64,000 nt of DNA, taken from a virus. The stretch is taken from positions 20,916 through 84,915 of IMG/VR virus record IMGVR_UViG_3300027704_000014; one strand, written 5' to 3'. Each line of letters begins with the position of its first letter. The first letter of the stretch is position 1. This document shows, one piece after another, positions 36,761 through 46,252 of the stretch. Made by a program: the position numbers and the translations under genes. The notes under the pieces were generated by a model. It saw nothing but the letters and a program-made list of their open reading frames with translations. It did no database searches and was not told the DNA's origin.

Positions 36761-38085
36761 GTGTGTTTATATATGAACTCTTTTTTATGTGTTAGTACAG
36801 TAAAGTTATGCTCTGCAATTTCTCTACAAAATTTCAAGTAATCTTCTAATGCTTCGCCTTCTAATTTGCATAGTCTGTCTACTTCCTTGAGTATAGCAAT
36901 AAGCCTAAGCCAGTTATCTTCAATGCTATCATAACTCTCGTCTATTACTGGTGAATATGTTTTATACCCTAGCCCTCGTAAATACTTTAATGTATGCGGT
37001 GTTGCACATAGTACAAAAGGATGTCTAAATAAAATTGCTTTAAATATCTTTTCACTGAGGAAACAACTATCTTCCCAATCTCTATATTCTGTAAAGAATA
37101 TAGTTTCACTTACTAAACTAAAGTAAGTATCTTCGTACAGTTTATCTATGTGATCAGATGTTTCTAGTTGTGCTTGGTTTATGCTTAGATCAGGCTTGTC
37201 TAATGTTAGTTCACCTATATTAGAAATCCTTTCTCTGTTAGCAACTAGCACACGGTGTATGCCTTCATGAAAAAGAAATGACTCTTGTATTATGTAGTCT
37301 AATTCCGTTGTCCATGTTCTATTGTCATCTGATTTTGCTAAACTAACATGCCCTAACTTTAATAAGTCTGAACTTTCTAATAGTGCTGTCATTAAAGGTC
37401 TATGCAAACGCCACCGCCTATTAAAGTTTAAAAACTTCTTAGGATACTCTTTACTTTGTAATACATTAGGCATCTTGGCTTTGCCATTTGCTACCTGGGT
37501 TGCTAGACCTGCGTCTCCATTAATCGGCACCAGGTGGCCGCCCCCTGCTGGAACCTCATGTGAGTGGCTGTCTGATGGAAGAGTCATAGTATGTATTCCA
37601 TATTTGTCTGCTATCATTCCGAACCAGTCAGATTGTACAGCAAATTCAAATTCTAACATACTGTGATATTGAAAAGGCCTTCTACCGTATAGTTTTACAT
37701 ATTCATCAAATTTTTGTTGCAAATCTAATGCACCTGAGAACAGTATTAATTTCTGTGGTGGTATTTCATATCTGTCAATAACCCATTCGTATATTTCACC
37801 AATAAGATTACTAAAGCCTTCGTGGAAGTTTTCAAGTATTATATAACATTCATCATTAGGATCTTTAATCCTAGACATTAAATCAGGTCCAACGTCTTTT
37901 GATATGTTGGCGAGATTAAGACTTACTACTGATTTAAATTCTATTAAATAGTAATCAATAGGATCGGCATCCCAATCTTTAATTCTAGTAACCATAGATA
38001 CTGCACGGTGCTCTCTAATGAATATTTCGTTTCGACTGCCCTGTGTATCGTAGTACCAGTATCCGTCTGAATTAAGAAGCGGCAT
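36757..38085 (-). CDS. putative GT-B glycosyltransferase, paralog 4 of 4
   Basis: FLNFNRRWRLHR, SLVSET, FLSEKIFKAI..RHPF, GYKTY..VIDESYD. Confidence 0.6.
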   Translation of the reverse strand: MPLLNSDGYWYYDTQGSRNEIFIREHRAVSMVTRIKDWDADPIDYYLIEFKSVVSLNLANISKDVGPDLMSRIKDPNDECYIILENFHEGFSNLIGEIYEWVIDRYEIPPQKLILFSGALDLQQKFDEYVKLYGRRPFQYHSMLEFEFAVQSDWFGMIADKYGIHTMTLPSDSHSHEVPAGGGHLVPINGDAGLATQVANGKAKMPNVLQSKEYPKKFLNFNRRWRLHRPLMTALLESSDLLKLGHVSLAKSDDNRTWTTELDYIIQESFLFHEGIHRVLVANRERISNIGELTLDKPDLSINQAQLETSDHIDKLYEDTYFSLVSETIFFTEYRDWEDSCFLSEKIFKAILFRHPFVLCATPHTLKYLRGLGYKTYSPVIDESYDSIEDNWLRLIAILKEVDRLCKLEGEALEDYLKFCREIAEHNFTVLTHKKEFIYKHT

Positions 38086-39166
38086 CTGACTTGTTGCCCC
38101 AATCAGCGTCTGTCTTATCAAATCCTTCACCAGCAATAGTTGCTTCTACATCAATTGCTTCTGCGGCTTCTCTGTTTTCTATAGTCTTTTCATCCAGTTC
38201 TGAAAGTTCTCTTTTAGGAATAATAATATCTGTACCACAATGACAATGCATCTTGTCACATATAACAGTTCTAGGTTCTACATAACGAATGTCTTTCATT
38301 ATGTGTCCTACTTCGCCACTTACACCACAACTTGCTAATGTAATTTGTCCTGTTGGACTAATAAAGATACTGTCTCCTATACGGCATTCCCAACCTGTAA
38401 AAAAGTTTTGTCTGCGTACAATAACATCATTACTGTTACAAGGCTCAGTTGATCCGTCTGCATACAAGTTAAAACTTTGTGCTTTACTTTCTTTATATGG
38501 CTTAGGAATTGTAAACTCCATTTCGCAACTGTGTGATTCAATAAACTTTGTTTTATCATCGTCGTCATACTTCCATGGACCTGCGTTAACAGTCATTTCG
38601 TCATATAGTGGTGTCCATTCAATGAAGTAGTTAGGCATTGCTTTTTTAAGCTCTTCGCCATATTCTACGACTTCCCAAAATCTTTCATCATGTAATAACA
38701 GTTTAGTAGCAAGGTAGTTTACTTTGTCACATAGGAACATATTCTTTTCTTTATAACTAGCCTTGTCAGCAAACTCTACGTGAAAACTTGCAACAATGTC
38801 ATCAAACAAATGTACATGTTTCTGCCACCATGCTAGTGGTCTACTTAGGTTTGTGTTTACAGCAATAGTTGCGTCTGGCAACTTAGCTCTTAGATATTCT
38901 ACAATCGGAATAAAGTGTTTCCATGCAGTTGGCTCTCCGCCACTAAAGAAAAACTTATAATGCTTGTAGCCATCTTTCTTGTAATTTGCAATTATTGTAT
39001 CTAAATTGTCTAGGTAAATTTGTAAGTCGCCCTCATTACGAAAGTCTCCTAACCAGTTACCAGGATTACAATAACTGCAACTATAGTTACAGAAGTTGTT
39101 TACCTGCCAGGTAATACTGAGATATTTCTCAGGTGCTTCAACCGCAATTAATTTTGTTCTATCCAT
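38072..39166 (-). CDS. radical SAM enzyme with C-terminal Cys-rich (twitch-like) region
   Basis: CNYSCSYC, SGGEP, NTNL, C-terminal WEC...ASC...ICDKMHCHC. Confidence 0.9.
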   Translation of the reverse strand: MDRTKLIAVEAPEKYLSITWQVNNFCNYSCSYCNPGNWLGDFRNEGDLQIYLDNLDTIIANYKKDGYKHYKFFFSGGEPTAWKHFIPIVEYLRAKLPDATIAVNTNLSRPLAWWQKHVHLFDDIVASFHVEFADKASYKEKNMFLCDKVNYLATKLLLHDERFWEVVEYGEELKKAMPNYFIEWTPLYDEMTVNAGPWKYDDDDKTKFIESHSCEMEFTIPKPYKESKAQSFNLYADGSTEPCNSNDVIVRRQNFFTGWECRIGDSIFISPTGQITLASCGVSGEVGHIMKDIRYVEPRTVICDKMHCHCGTDIIIPKRELSELDEKTIENREAAEAIDVEATIAGEGFDKTDADWGNKSDAAS

Positions 39167-40476
39167 TGTCTAACCTCTAATAATCTGGGTGAGATCTCTG
39201 CAAGTTCTTCACCACGCATTTTGTCCATTACATCGTTTTCTTTAAAAAATTCTTCTAGCTTATCCCTGTTCTCTTCGCCATTACGCAACGTCATCATAAT
39301 CATTTTAAATGTATCATTCATGTTGCTGTCTTCTGGTTTAGGAAATTTCTCATAGTACAGTCTAAACTCTCGCATCAGATCAAGTCTAAACTTCTCAGGT
39401 AATATAGATATGTTTGCCCAATCTGGAGCAGTAAGCATATTTAGCCTTGGGGGATTAGTTATTGACGTAAATCCGTTCTCAAACATCCAGTCAAACATTT
39501 CACTGTAATGCCAAATGTTCCATAGGCTAATTGTAGGTGTTAATCCTAATCTAATCTGTGGCGCACGTTCTCTAATAGCAAACATATTTTTCTTAATACG
39601 TTCCCATTTAAATCCTTTACGAATTATGTCGCCTGCTTCTCCAACTGCATCAATACTTGCCCACATTTCAATATCTGGGAAATGTTGCCATAGCTCAAAC
39701 AAGTCTCGCTCGCCTTTAACTTTATCTTGGTATTTGATTTTACTCATGTTAGTAGTATAGTTTAGCCTAATGTCTTTGGCCATGCCGTTCTCAATCCAAT
39801 AATCTAAGCATTCATAATGCTCAGGGTGGACTAGAATCTCGCCGCCTGCAAAGTAAACTTCTTGTACATCATTTAAGTGTGGCTTTAGTGCCTCCATGAA
39901 CGAGCCGTCTGCATTTACACTCAGTAGTGTTTCTCTGCCTTTACGGTTAATCCATGTAGTCTCATCTACTAGTTTTAATTTTTCGTCGCCCCATAAGTTA
40001 GAGCATCCAGGCCCACAACTACGACATTTAAAATTACAAAGATTACTAAATCGTATATCCATGTATTTCATTTTAAAGTCTTCAATACCACCATCTTCTT
40101 GCGTATCAAGTAGCATTGTAATATTTTCTCTAGTGTTCTCGGGCTTTTTGGTTGTAAATTGTTGTGTGTTTTGACTAATACGCAAACTCCATGTGCCTAC
40201 TTTCTCTAGGTCATAGCATCGTTGGCAACGAGCGTCCGGCTCATCTGCTAACATCTTCTTACGCATTACTTTGTATTCGTCACTGTTCATTACATCAATA
40301 ATAGTATCACCAGCTTTGTATTCAGCAACTGGTTCAGCACTATCAGCAATACAGCAAGGCATAATTCTATCATCAGGCCAAGCATGCATGTGAATCCACG
40401 GTAATACACAAAAGTGCTTACTGTCTTCTACAGCCTTAATTAAATTAGGCTCTTCAGCTATGTTATAGTCTGACAT
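39148..40476 (-). CDS. radical SAM enzyme with N-terminal twitch/SPASM-like domain
   Basis: FCVLPWIH, PCC, CQRCY, CNFKCRSC, FAGGE, YTTN, SIDA. Confidence 0.9.
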   Translation of the reverse strand: MSDYNIAEEPNLIKAVEDSKHFCVLPWIHMHAWPDDRIMPCCIADSAEPVAEYKAGDTIIDVMNSDEYKVMRKKMLADEPDARCQRCYDLEKVGTWSLRISQNTQQFTTKKPENTRENITMLLDTQEDGGIEDFKMKYMDIRFSNLCNFKCRSCGPGCSNLWGDEKLKLVDETTWINRKGRETLLSVNADGSFMEALKPHLNDVQEVYFAGGEILVHPEHYECLDYWIENGMAKDIRLNYTTNMSKIKYQDKVKGERDLFELWQHFPDIEMWASIDAVGEAGDIIRKGFKWERIKKNMFAIRERAPQIRLGLTPTISLWNIWHYSEMFDWMFENGFTSITNPPRLNMLTAPDWANISILPEKFRLDLMREFRLYYEKFPKPEDSNMNDTFKMIMMTLRNGEENRDKLEEFFKENDVMDKMRGEELAEISPRLLEVRQWIEQN

Positions 40477-41727
40477 TTACTCCATATCCTGTAATGGTTT
40501 TAGTTCTGGGAAGGCATCAAAGAAGTTCTCTCCCCTAAGTTTATTTAACCGATAAGTCATATGAAAGAAGTCTTTCTTGACTTCTTCCCATGTATCTTTT
40601 TGAGCAGCAAAGCCAGTGCCGCTTTTTATTAGTCCGTCTATTGCTCTTTCGCCTTGATACATACCCATAAGTTTTGCTTTTGCAGTCTCTTTCATACTTT
40701 TTGGCAATGCCTGAGCACAATAATGCTTAGGATTTGCCGCCAAGTACAAACTGTTATAAAAGTCTTTATCATAATCTAATAGTCCTGCTCCACTCATATA
40801 TTCAAAGAACTCGTATAATGTATAATAGTTCATTATACTTAATACAGTATTCATTTGGAAACTAATATGTTCTGTGGCTCTGAACTTTTTAAGGTTTGTC
40901 TCTACTCTGCCCCAATCAGTACCGTGTCGCATACATTCTGCTCTTTCGCCAAAGTGATCTATACTGCAACTCACTTCCACCTTATCGAAGTGTTTCCACA
41001 GTGCAAAAATATCTTTGTCTTTGTACGACACTGTACTGGCATTAGTGTTATATCGCAACACTGTGTCTGTTTTGCCTTTACGGATTAACTCCTCTAGTAT
41101 AATATAATGTTCCGGAGTAATTAACGGTTCTCCTCCAGCAAAGTATGCAATATCAATATGATCAACCTGATCTAATATCTCTTCTAATACTCCGCCTTCT
41201 TCATTATCAACATGGATAATAACCGGACCGTCTGGCTTCCAAGACTTTTTATCCTCTAGTGCCCACTGGCTACTAAATTCACTACCACAACTACGACACT
41301 TGAAATTACAGATGTTGCTAAAACGGATATCAAAATATCGCATCTTCATTTCATCTACATGCCCATCTTCGTGTGTCATTTCTAAACTTTCATCAAAGTA
41401 CTTACCGAAGTGCTCTATGCTGTACTTTCTGAAACTGTGTGGGCCTGCTTCTTCATGCGAATAACAAAAATCACATATCTTGTGATGTTTCTCATTCAAC
41501 ATATCCATACGCAAGTTCTTCATGAACTCGCCATTGAATGCTTCTTTAAGAGATACGTCTGCTGTATTAGCTATAGGCATTGTGTAGTCGTTGCTACAGC
41601 ACGGAAATATGTTACCCAAGGGTGTTGCATTCAAATGCGTCCATGGATACATACAAAAGGTTTTAGACTCGTTTAACAAGTAATCTTTGTCTAACTCTTT
41701 GAGTTTTAAATACTCTGACGTACTCAT
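40477..41727 (-). CDS. radical SAM enzyme with N-terminal twitch/SPASM-like domain
   Basis: FCMYPWTH, PCC, CDFCY, CNFKCRSC, FAGGEP, YNTN, SIDH. Confidence 0.9.
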   Translation of the reverse strand: MSTSEYLKLKELDKDYLLNESKTFCMYPWTHLNATPLGNIFPCCSNDYTMPIANTADVSLKEAFNGEFMKNLRMDMLNEKHHKICDFCYSHEEAGPHSFRKYSIEHFGKYFDESLEMTHEDGHVDEMKMRYFDIRFSNICNFKCRSCGSEFSSQWALEDKKSWKPDGPVIIHVDNEEGGVLEEILDQVDHIDIAYFAGGEPLITPEHYIILEELIRKGKTDTVLRYNTNASTVSYKDKDIFALWKHFDKVEVSCSIDHFGERAECMRHGTDWGRVETNLKKFRATEHISFQMNTVLSIMNYYTLYEFFEYMSGAGLLDYDKDFYNSLYLAANPKHYCAQALPKSMKETAKAKLMGMYQGERAIDGLIKSGTGFAAQKDTWEEVKKDFFHMTYRLNKLRGENFFDAFPELKPLQDME

Positions 41728-43040
41728 TCTATCAGTAACCTTGCTAATTTTGGGAACACTTTTTTAAAGTCTTCGCCTCTACGAGCATCTATTTTTCTAA
41801 CTTCATTCCTAAACACGTCTTGTAGTTGGTCCCACTTATCAGCACTTCTTGCTAATTCATGCATTGATTCTATTGCTGACATCAGCCGTGTTACCTGTCC
41901 ATACATAATTTTGGCACGACCGGGTCGACCGTCCCCTTCATAAAGATCATCTGGTGCTAAGGCTTTTAACTTTTCAAAGTATTTTAAATGTTCCGCTGCA
42001 ATAGACTCTTTGAGATCTGTTGGCATGCACTGAAATGAGAATTCTTCTGGACTGTATATAGGATTAATTTGCCAAGCACCGCCATTAGGTTCAATCCACG
42101 GTGGTATATTTTGATCTATTAAGTAATCAAAGAAACTTGTGAGTGACCCATAGTTGAAAATGCTAACAGACGTTGTAATACTTAACTCTACTATTGGTGA
42201 TCCTAGCAATGTTCTATAGTTTTTCATTACTTCGTCCCACTTAGTACCTGCTCGTATATATTCTGCTTGGTCGCCAAAGTGATCTAAACTACCGTACACC
42301 TGTACTCTATTATCAAACTTACTCCATAAGTTAAGTAAATCTTTATCTTTAAACTTTAACTTACTGAGGTTTGTATTGTAACTAAGTAATATATCTGTGC
42401 GTCCTACACGAATCATTTCTTCTAACAATTCGTAATGATCTTCTGTTATAAGAGGTTCGCCACCTGCAAAGTATGCTCGTTGTAAGTTAGGTATTTGTGC
42501 ATATAAATCTTGTTGTATTTTAGAAACATCTACAGTATTTGTAGGAATATTATAATGTTGCCCGTCTTTAGCATCTTCTATTTCCCATTGGCTACTATAC
42601 CCGCTACCACAAGTCCGACACTTCATATTACATAAGTTACTAAAACGTATGTCTAAGTAACGCATTTTAAAATCGTTTAGTGTACCATCCTCATTTGTAT
42701 CATCGAATGCAGATGGCAAGAAATGACCGTATTCACGCAAAGTTGTTTTTCTAAAACTTTCCATACTTTGTTCTTGCTTGTAACAAGTGTTACATGCATT
42801 AGGTTTTATACCGTTAAGCATATCTAGCCGCATTTTATTCATTGCCGGGCTGTTCATCCAATCGTCTATGCCGTCTTCCTGCTTACCAACAATATCTAGT
42901 GTATTTTCTGTATTAGTAATACAGCAAGGCATAATATTATGATCAGGTGTTAAGTGTATATGCATCCAAGGTAAGGCGCATAGCGATTCTTTTTTTGCCT
43001 TTTCTATATCTATGTTTGTTAAATCAATTTTCTTCTTCAT
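41724..43040 (-). CDS. radical SAM enzyme with N-terminal twitch/SPASM-like domain
   Basis: CALPWMH, PCC, CNTCY, CNMKCRTC, FAGGEP, YNTN, SLDH. Confidence 0.9.
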   Translation of the reverse strand: MKKKIDLTNIDIEKAKKESLCALPWMHIHLTPDHNIMPCCITNTENTLDIVGKQEDGIDDWMNSPAMNKMRLDMLNGIKPNACNTCYKQEQSMESFRKTTLREYGHFLPSAFDDTNEDGTLNDFKMRYLDIRFSNLCNMKCRTCGSGYSSQWEIEDAKDGQHYNIPTNTVDVSKIQQDLYAQIPNLQRAYFAGGEPLITEDHYELLEEMIRVGRTDILLSYNTNLSKLKFKDKDLLNLWSKFDNRVQVYGSLDHFGDQAEYIRAGTKWDEVMKNYRTLLGSPIVELSITTSVSIFNYGSLTSFFDYLIDQNIPPWIEPNGGAWQINPIYSPEEFSFQCMPTDLKESIAAEHLKYFEKLKALAPDDLYEGDGRPGRAKIMYGQVTRLMSAIESMHELARSADKWDQLQDVFRNEVRKIDARRGEDFKKVFPKLARLLIE

Positions 43041-44430
43041 GGGTACTCTTACATAAGTTCCAGAAATCTTCCATCTCTGGGAATGTATCTAGGAATTGAA
43101 CGTCACGTCTTTTATCGTATTCAGTAAACCAATTATAAAAGTCAATACGTCCTTCTTTAATCTTTGCATCATCATACTGTGTGCTTTCGAAATAATCTCT
43201 TACTCTACGAAAACGCTCGTATTCTATTTCACTAAACATAGTTCGGTCGTCTTCGACTACATTATCTCTGATAAAGTCTAGGATTTCATCAAAGTATGGT
43301 AAAAATTCTTCCTTAGGAAGTATGTGCATATCATATTGTATTGGTTCTTTGAGATACGGTGTATCAAATCTAATCTTACGCACATCTTCTGATGTACCTA
43401 AGTTGTTTGGAATAATATCCTCGTATATTTTCCTCCACTCTAATATCTTTTCTAAGAAAGACTTAAAGGAAGTAACACTAAGAATATTAAATGTTACCAT
43501 GTGTGTTATGTGGCTTTGTACGCCACGTAGATATATGTCCTGATTCTTTTCCCACGTCTCTATGTCGAGTCCTGTGCGTAGATACTCTGCACGTTTGCCC
43601 CAAGTATCCATACTACTAAACATTTTAAATGCTTTAATAGAATTATTATCTCGCATCTTAGTAACGTAGTCGACTAATTTTTCCATGCGCCTTGGTGTAT
43701 AGCCCATGTTCGTATTGATATTGATTTCAATCTGAGGCTTAGGGTTCTCAATTAGATCGTCAAATGTTTTCCATGTTGTTTTGTGCAGTAATGGTTCACC
43801 ACCTGTAATACGCAATATGTTCAGCGTTTTACTTACTTCAGGCCACCATTTGTGCCATGCTTCAATATAAGGATTATCTTCTTCCCCGTTTACAGTAAAC
43901 CAGTCAATATCGTTTCTATGATTTTTTACTGTAGTATAAGGCCCATGCTTTTTAATTTCGTTCATGTATAGACTACTGTGCATTGGGTGACAGTATCCAC
44001 ACTTAAAGTTACATTCGTTACTGAATGCAATCTCAATGTATTCTGGGTTAACTTTAAAGTCTGGTGGTTGATTTAAAATCTCATCAACACGTTCTTCTTT
44101 GTATATACTTGCATTACGTTGGTGTCTATCACTGATGTGATCTCCGCCCATGTTCTCAACATTCCAGCAATACTTACAACCTTCAGGTTGTTCGCCGTTA
44201 AACATTTGTATACGTTCATCGATCTTTTGTGGAGTGTTATGTAGTACACTTGGATCGTATTTTAAATCTAGCAAAGGAATATCATGCGGCTTAGGGTGAT
44301 AACAACTATGTGTTTGCCCTCTGTGCAAATAGATTGTTGTATGATGCCATTTTGCAAGGCAGAAGGTAGGGCTAACCTCTTCAGTCATTAACAAGTCTAT
44401 TGCTTTTATTCGTTCTAGTCTTTCGCTCAT
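43024..44430 (-). CDS. radical SAM enzyme with N-terminal twitch/SPASM-like domain
   Basis: FCLAKWHH, SCYHP, CKYCW, CNFKCGYC, TGGEP, NTN, SMDT. Confidence 0.9.
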   Translation of the reverse strand: MSERLERIKAIDLLMTEEVSPTFCLAKWHHTTIYLHRGQTHSCYHPKPHDIPLLDLKYDPSVLHNTPQKIDERIQMFNGEQPEGCKYCWNVENMGGDHISDRHQRNASIYKEERVDEILNQPPDFKVNPEYIEIAFSNECNFKCGYCHPMHSSLYMNEIKKHGPYTTVKNHRNDIDWFTVNGEEDNPYIEAWHKWWPEVSKTLNILRITGGEPLLHKTTWKTFDDLIENPKPQIEININTNMGYTPRRMEKLVDYVTKMRDNNSIKAFKMFSSMDTWGKRAEYLRTGLDIETWEKNQDIYLRGVQSHITHMVTFNILSVTSFKSFLEKILEWRKIYEDIIPNNLGTSEDVRKIRFDTPYLKEPIQYDMHILPKEEFLPYFDEILDFIRDNVVEDDRTMFSEIEYERFRRVRDYFESTQYDDAKIKEGRIDFYNWFTEYDKRRDVQFLDTFPEMEDFWNLCKSTHEEEN

Positions 44431-44442
44431 GCGTGTCCTATT

Positions 44443-44468
44443 AAAAAGTGGGTGTTGCCACCCACTTA
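44443..44468 (-). terminator. intrinsic terminator after the UDP-sugar dehydrogenase
   Basis: Minus strand AAGTGGGTG-GCAA-CACCCACTT then TTT. Confidence 0.75.
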
Positions 44469-44472
44469 TTTA

Positions 44473-45780
44473 TTACTTGATTTTACGAGTGTTACCGTAG
44501 TGTATTACTTGGCATCCTTCTACATCTGGTAATGTACGCCATGGATCTAGTATAACACTATTTTCAGCAAATGTCAACTCTGAACCGTTACCTGTTGCTA
44601 CAGTTAAAGCACCATCGCAATCTGTTGCGTTATGCTCACCATACCATCCGGGTACTGTGTCTAGTTGATCACCGTAAGTTACTCTCGGGTTATGTGCCAT
44701 TAGATATACTGCTGGATTATTTAAAATATCCATTGGCGGCATATCACCTGTTTTTTCATCATAGTAATGCAAATCGTATCCTGCTTCTGTTATGTAGTGA
44801 CCTACTAACATACTTGCTGAACCGGCTTCATATTCTACTAACGGCTTGTAAGCCTTACCGACTATAATGATTGGCATAGCATCATGTGGTGAAACTGTTG
44901 CTAATCCCATTAACCGCTTTGCCATATTCTCTGCCTGCTTTTCTCTCGAAAGCATTACAGCATCAAATAAATCATAACCTAAATTAAGTTCTTCAGCCAT
45001 CCAACGCAAGGCAATGTTATCACGTGGGTGACATGCACCACCGTCTCCCATGCCTGGTTTCATATAACCTGGTCCCATAATACGTCTATCACTAGAGGCT
45101 AGTGCATCACAAACAAGTTCTGCGTTTATGTTACCCTGTGCTTCTGCAACGTCTTGTATCATGTTTACAAGTGATACTTTTGCTGATATAAATGTGTTGT
45201 AGAAAACTTTAATACATTCACACTCGTCCCATGTTCCAATAATGTAACGTGGTTCGTTTTGCATGATTGTTTTGTAGAAATCTACTAGTTCTTTTGCATC
45301 GCCAGTTTCGCTACCATCGCTGGTACCGATCATTACCATTTCTGGATTAACCATATCCCACTTGACTGTACCCATAGCAATTAAGTATGGATTGTATACA
45401 AATCTAGCATTAGGTAATAGAGGAATGAATTCCCGTCTAACAGTACCTGGTAGTACTGTGCTGATAAGGACTATTAATTGTTCGTTGGTCGCTACTTCAT
45501 TTACTTTACGAAGGATATTTTTAACTATTGTATAGTCAAAATCCTTGTTTGGCAAATGGCTGGTAGGTGCTTTTCCATCATACTGTGGGTCATGCGGTGT
45601 AGGTACAGCAACAAAAACAATATCTTGTCCTCTTACTGCATCTTCCAACGTGTCAACCATTGTAAAGTTTTCAGGCTCTACAGGGTTAACATCATACCCA
45701 ACAACATCATGTACTTCGGCAACCATCTCGGCGCAGGCTTGTCCTAACTTGCCTACCCCAATAAATCCGATTGAGGCCAT
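44473..45780 (-). CDS. UDP-glucose/GDP-mannose dehydrogenase family protein, full length
   Basis: GVGKLG, VAVPTP, STV.PGT, YNP, KVFYN, GGACHPRD, GKAYKP; aggag RBS before ATG 45780. Confidence 0.9.
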   Translation of the reverse strand: MASIGFIGVGKLGQACAEMVAEVHDVVGYDVNPVEPENFTMVDTLEDAVRGQDIVFVAVPTPHDPQYDGKAPTSHLPNKDFDYTIVKNILRKVNEVATNEQLIVLISTVLPGTVRREFIPLLPNARFVYNPYLIAMGTVKWDMVNPEMVMIGTSDGSETGDAKELVDFYKTIMQNEPRYIIGTWDECECIKVFYNTFISAKVSLVNMIQDVAEAQGNINAELVCDALASSDRRIMGPGYMKPGMGDGGACHPRDNIALRWMAEELNLGYDLFDAVMLSREKQAENMAKRLMGLATVSPHDAMPIIIVGKAYKPLVEYEAGSASMLVGHYITEAGYDLHYYDEKTGDMPPMDILNNPAVYLMAHNPRVTYGDQLDTVPGWYGEHNATDCDGALTVATGNGSELTFAENSVILDPWRTLPDVEGCQVIHYGNTRKIK

Positions 45781-45817
45781 TGTATTCTCCTGTGTTGTGT
45801 ACTGTGAAGTACGCATG

Positions 45818-45825
45818 TATTTATC
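45818..45825 (-). promoter_or_regulatory. T4-late-like promoter (GATAAATA)
   Basis: Upstream of the dehydrogenase RBS. Confidence 0.6.
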
Positions 45826-45939
45826 AAGTGGTGTCAGCAATAAACAAGTTAATTCGGCGCTTTAAGAATAAGTTGCATTAGTAAAAGAGGCACGGTTTTT
45901 GTCCCTATTCACAACTAAGTTAACGTTCCTGTTAATGAT

Positions 45940-45972
45940 GATAAATATCCTTGTAACACAACTGTAACATAA
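45940..45972 (+). promoter_or_regulatory. late-type GATAAATA followed by an 11-bp-spaced TGTAACA direct repeat
   Basis: GATAAATA 45940-45947; TTGTAACACAA-CTGTAACATAA 45951-45972 (OmpR/PhoB-box-like spacing). Confidence 0.45.
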
Positions 45973-46058
45973 ATGTTGACTAATAGTTGCAATTCACATT
46001 AGTGATAAAGGAACTACAACGATGATACTGTTTGGTTATACAAATAGGAGAAAGTATC

Positions 46059-46199
46059 ATGGCGAATCCATTAGGAATAGTAGCCAGATTAACTCGTCCA
46101 TTACGTGACACGGCATCTGACTACTTCGACAAATTTGACTCAATGATGAAAGCTGGTAATATGACAAGCATATTATCTGAGGTTTCTTTACGGAGTTAA
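46059..46199 (+). CDS. stand-alone 46 aa small protein
   Basis: Hand translation MANPLGIVARLTRPLRDTASDYFDKFDSMMKAGNMTSILSEVSLRS*; aggag RBS; terminator directly after. Confidence 0.75.
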   Translation: MANPLGIVARLTRPLRDTASDYFDKFDSMMKAGNMTSILSEVSLRS

Positions 46200-46205
46200 T
46201 GTACG

Positions 46206-46232
46206 AAAGGGGCAGTTATTGCCCCTTTTTTT
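46206..46232 (+). terminator. intrinsic terminator, possibly bidirectional
   Basis: AAAGGGGCAG-TTA-TTGCCCC then TTTTTTT. Confidence 0.85.
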
Positions 46233-46252
46233 ATGGTAAACCTGAATTGCTG

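Noticed and set aside
38072-44430. RiPP (ranthipeptide/sactipeptide) maturation cluster
   Set aside because: No adjacent precursor peptide, RRE domain, peptidase or exporter was seen. Not fully excluded, but less consistent than sugar tailoring.
45781-45840. N-terminal extension of the long UDP-sugar dehydrogenase
   Set aside because: It spans the late promoter motif; the aggag RBS and Rossmann start support ATG 45780.
45990-46020. Glutamine (glnA) riboswitch based on AGTT...AAGGAACT
   Set aside because: It lacks the central GGAAGTA element and second stem I would expect; kept only as an unspecified structured leader.
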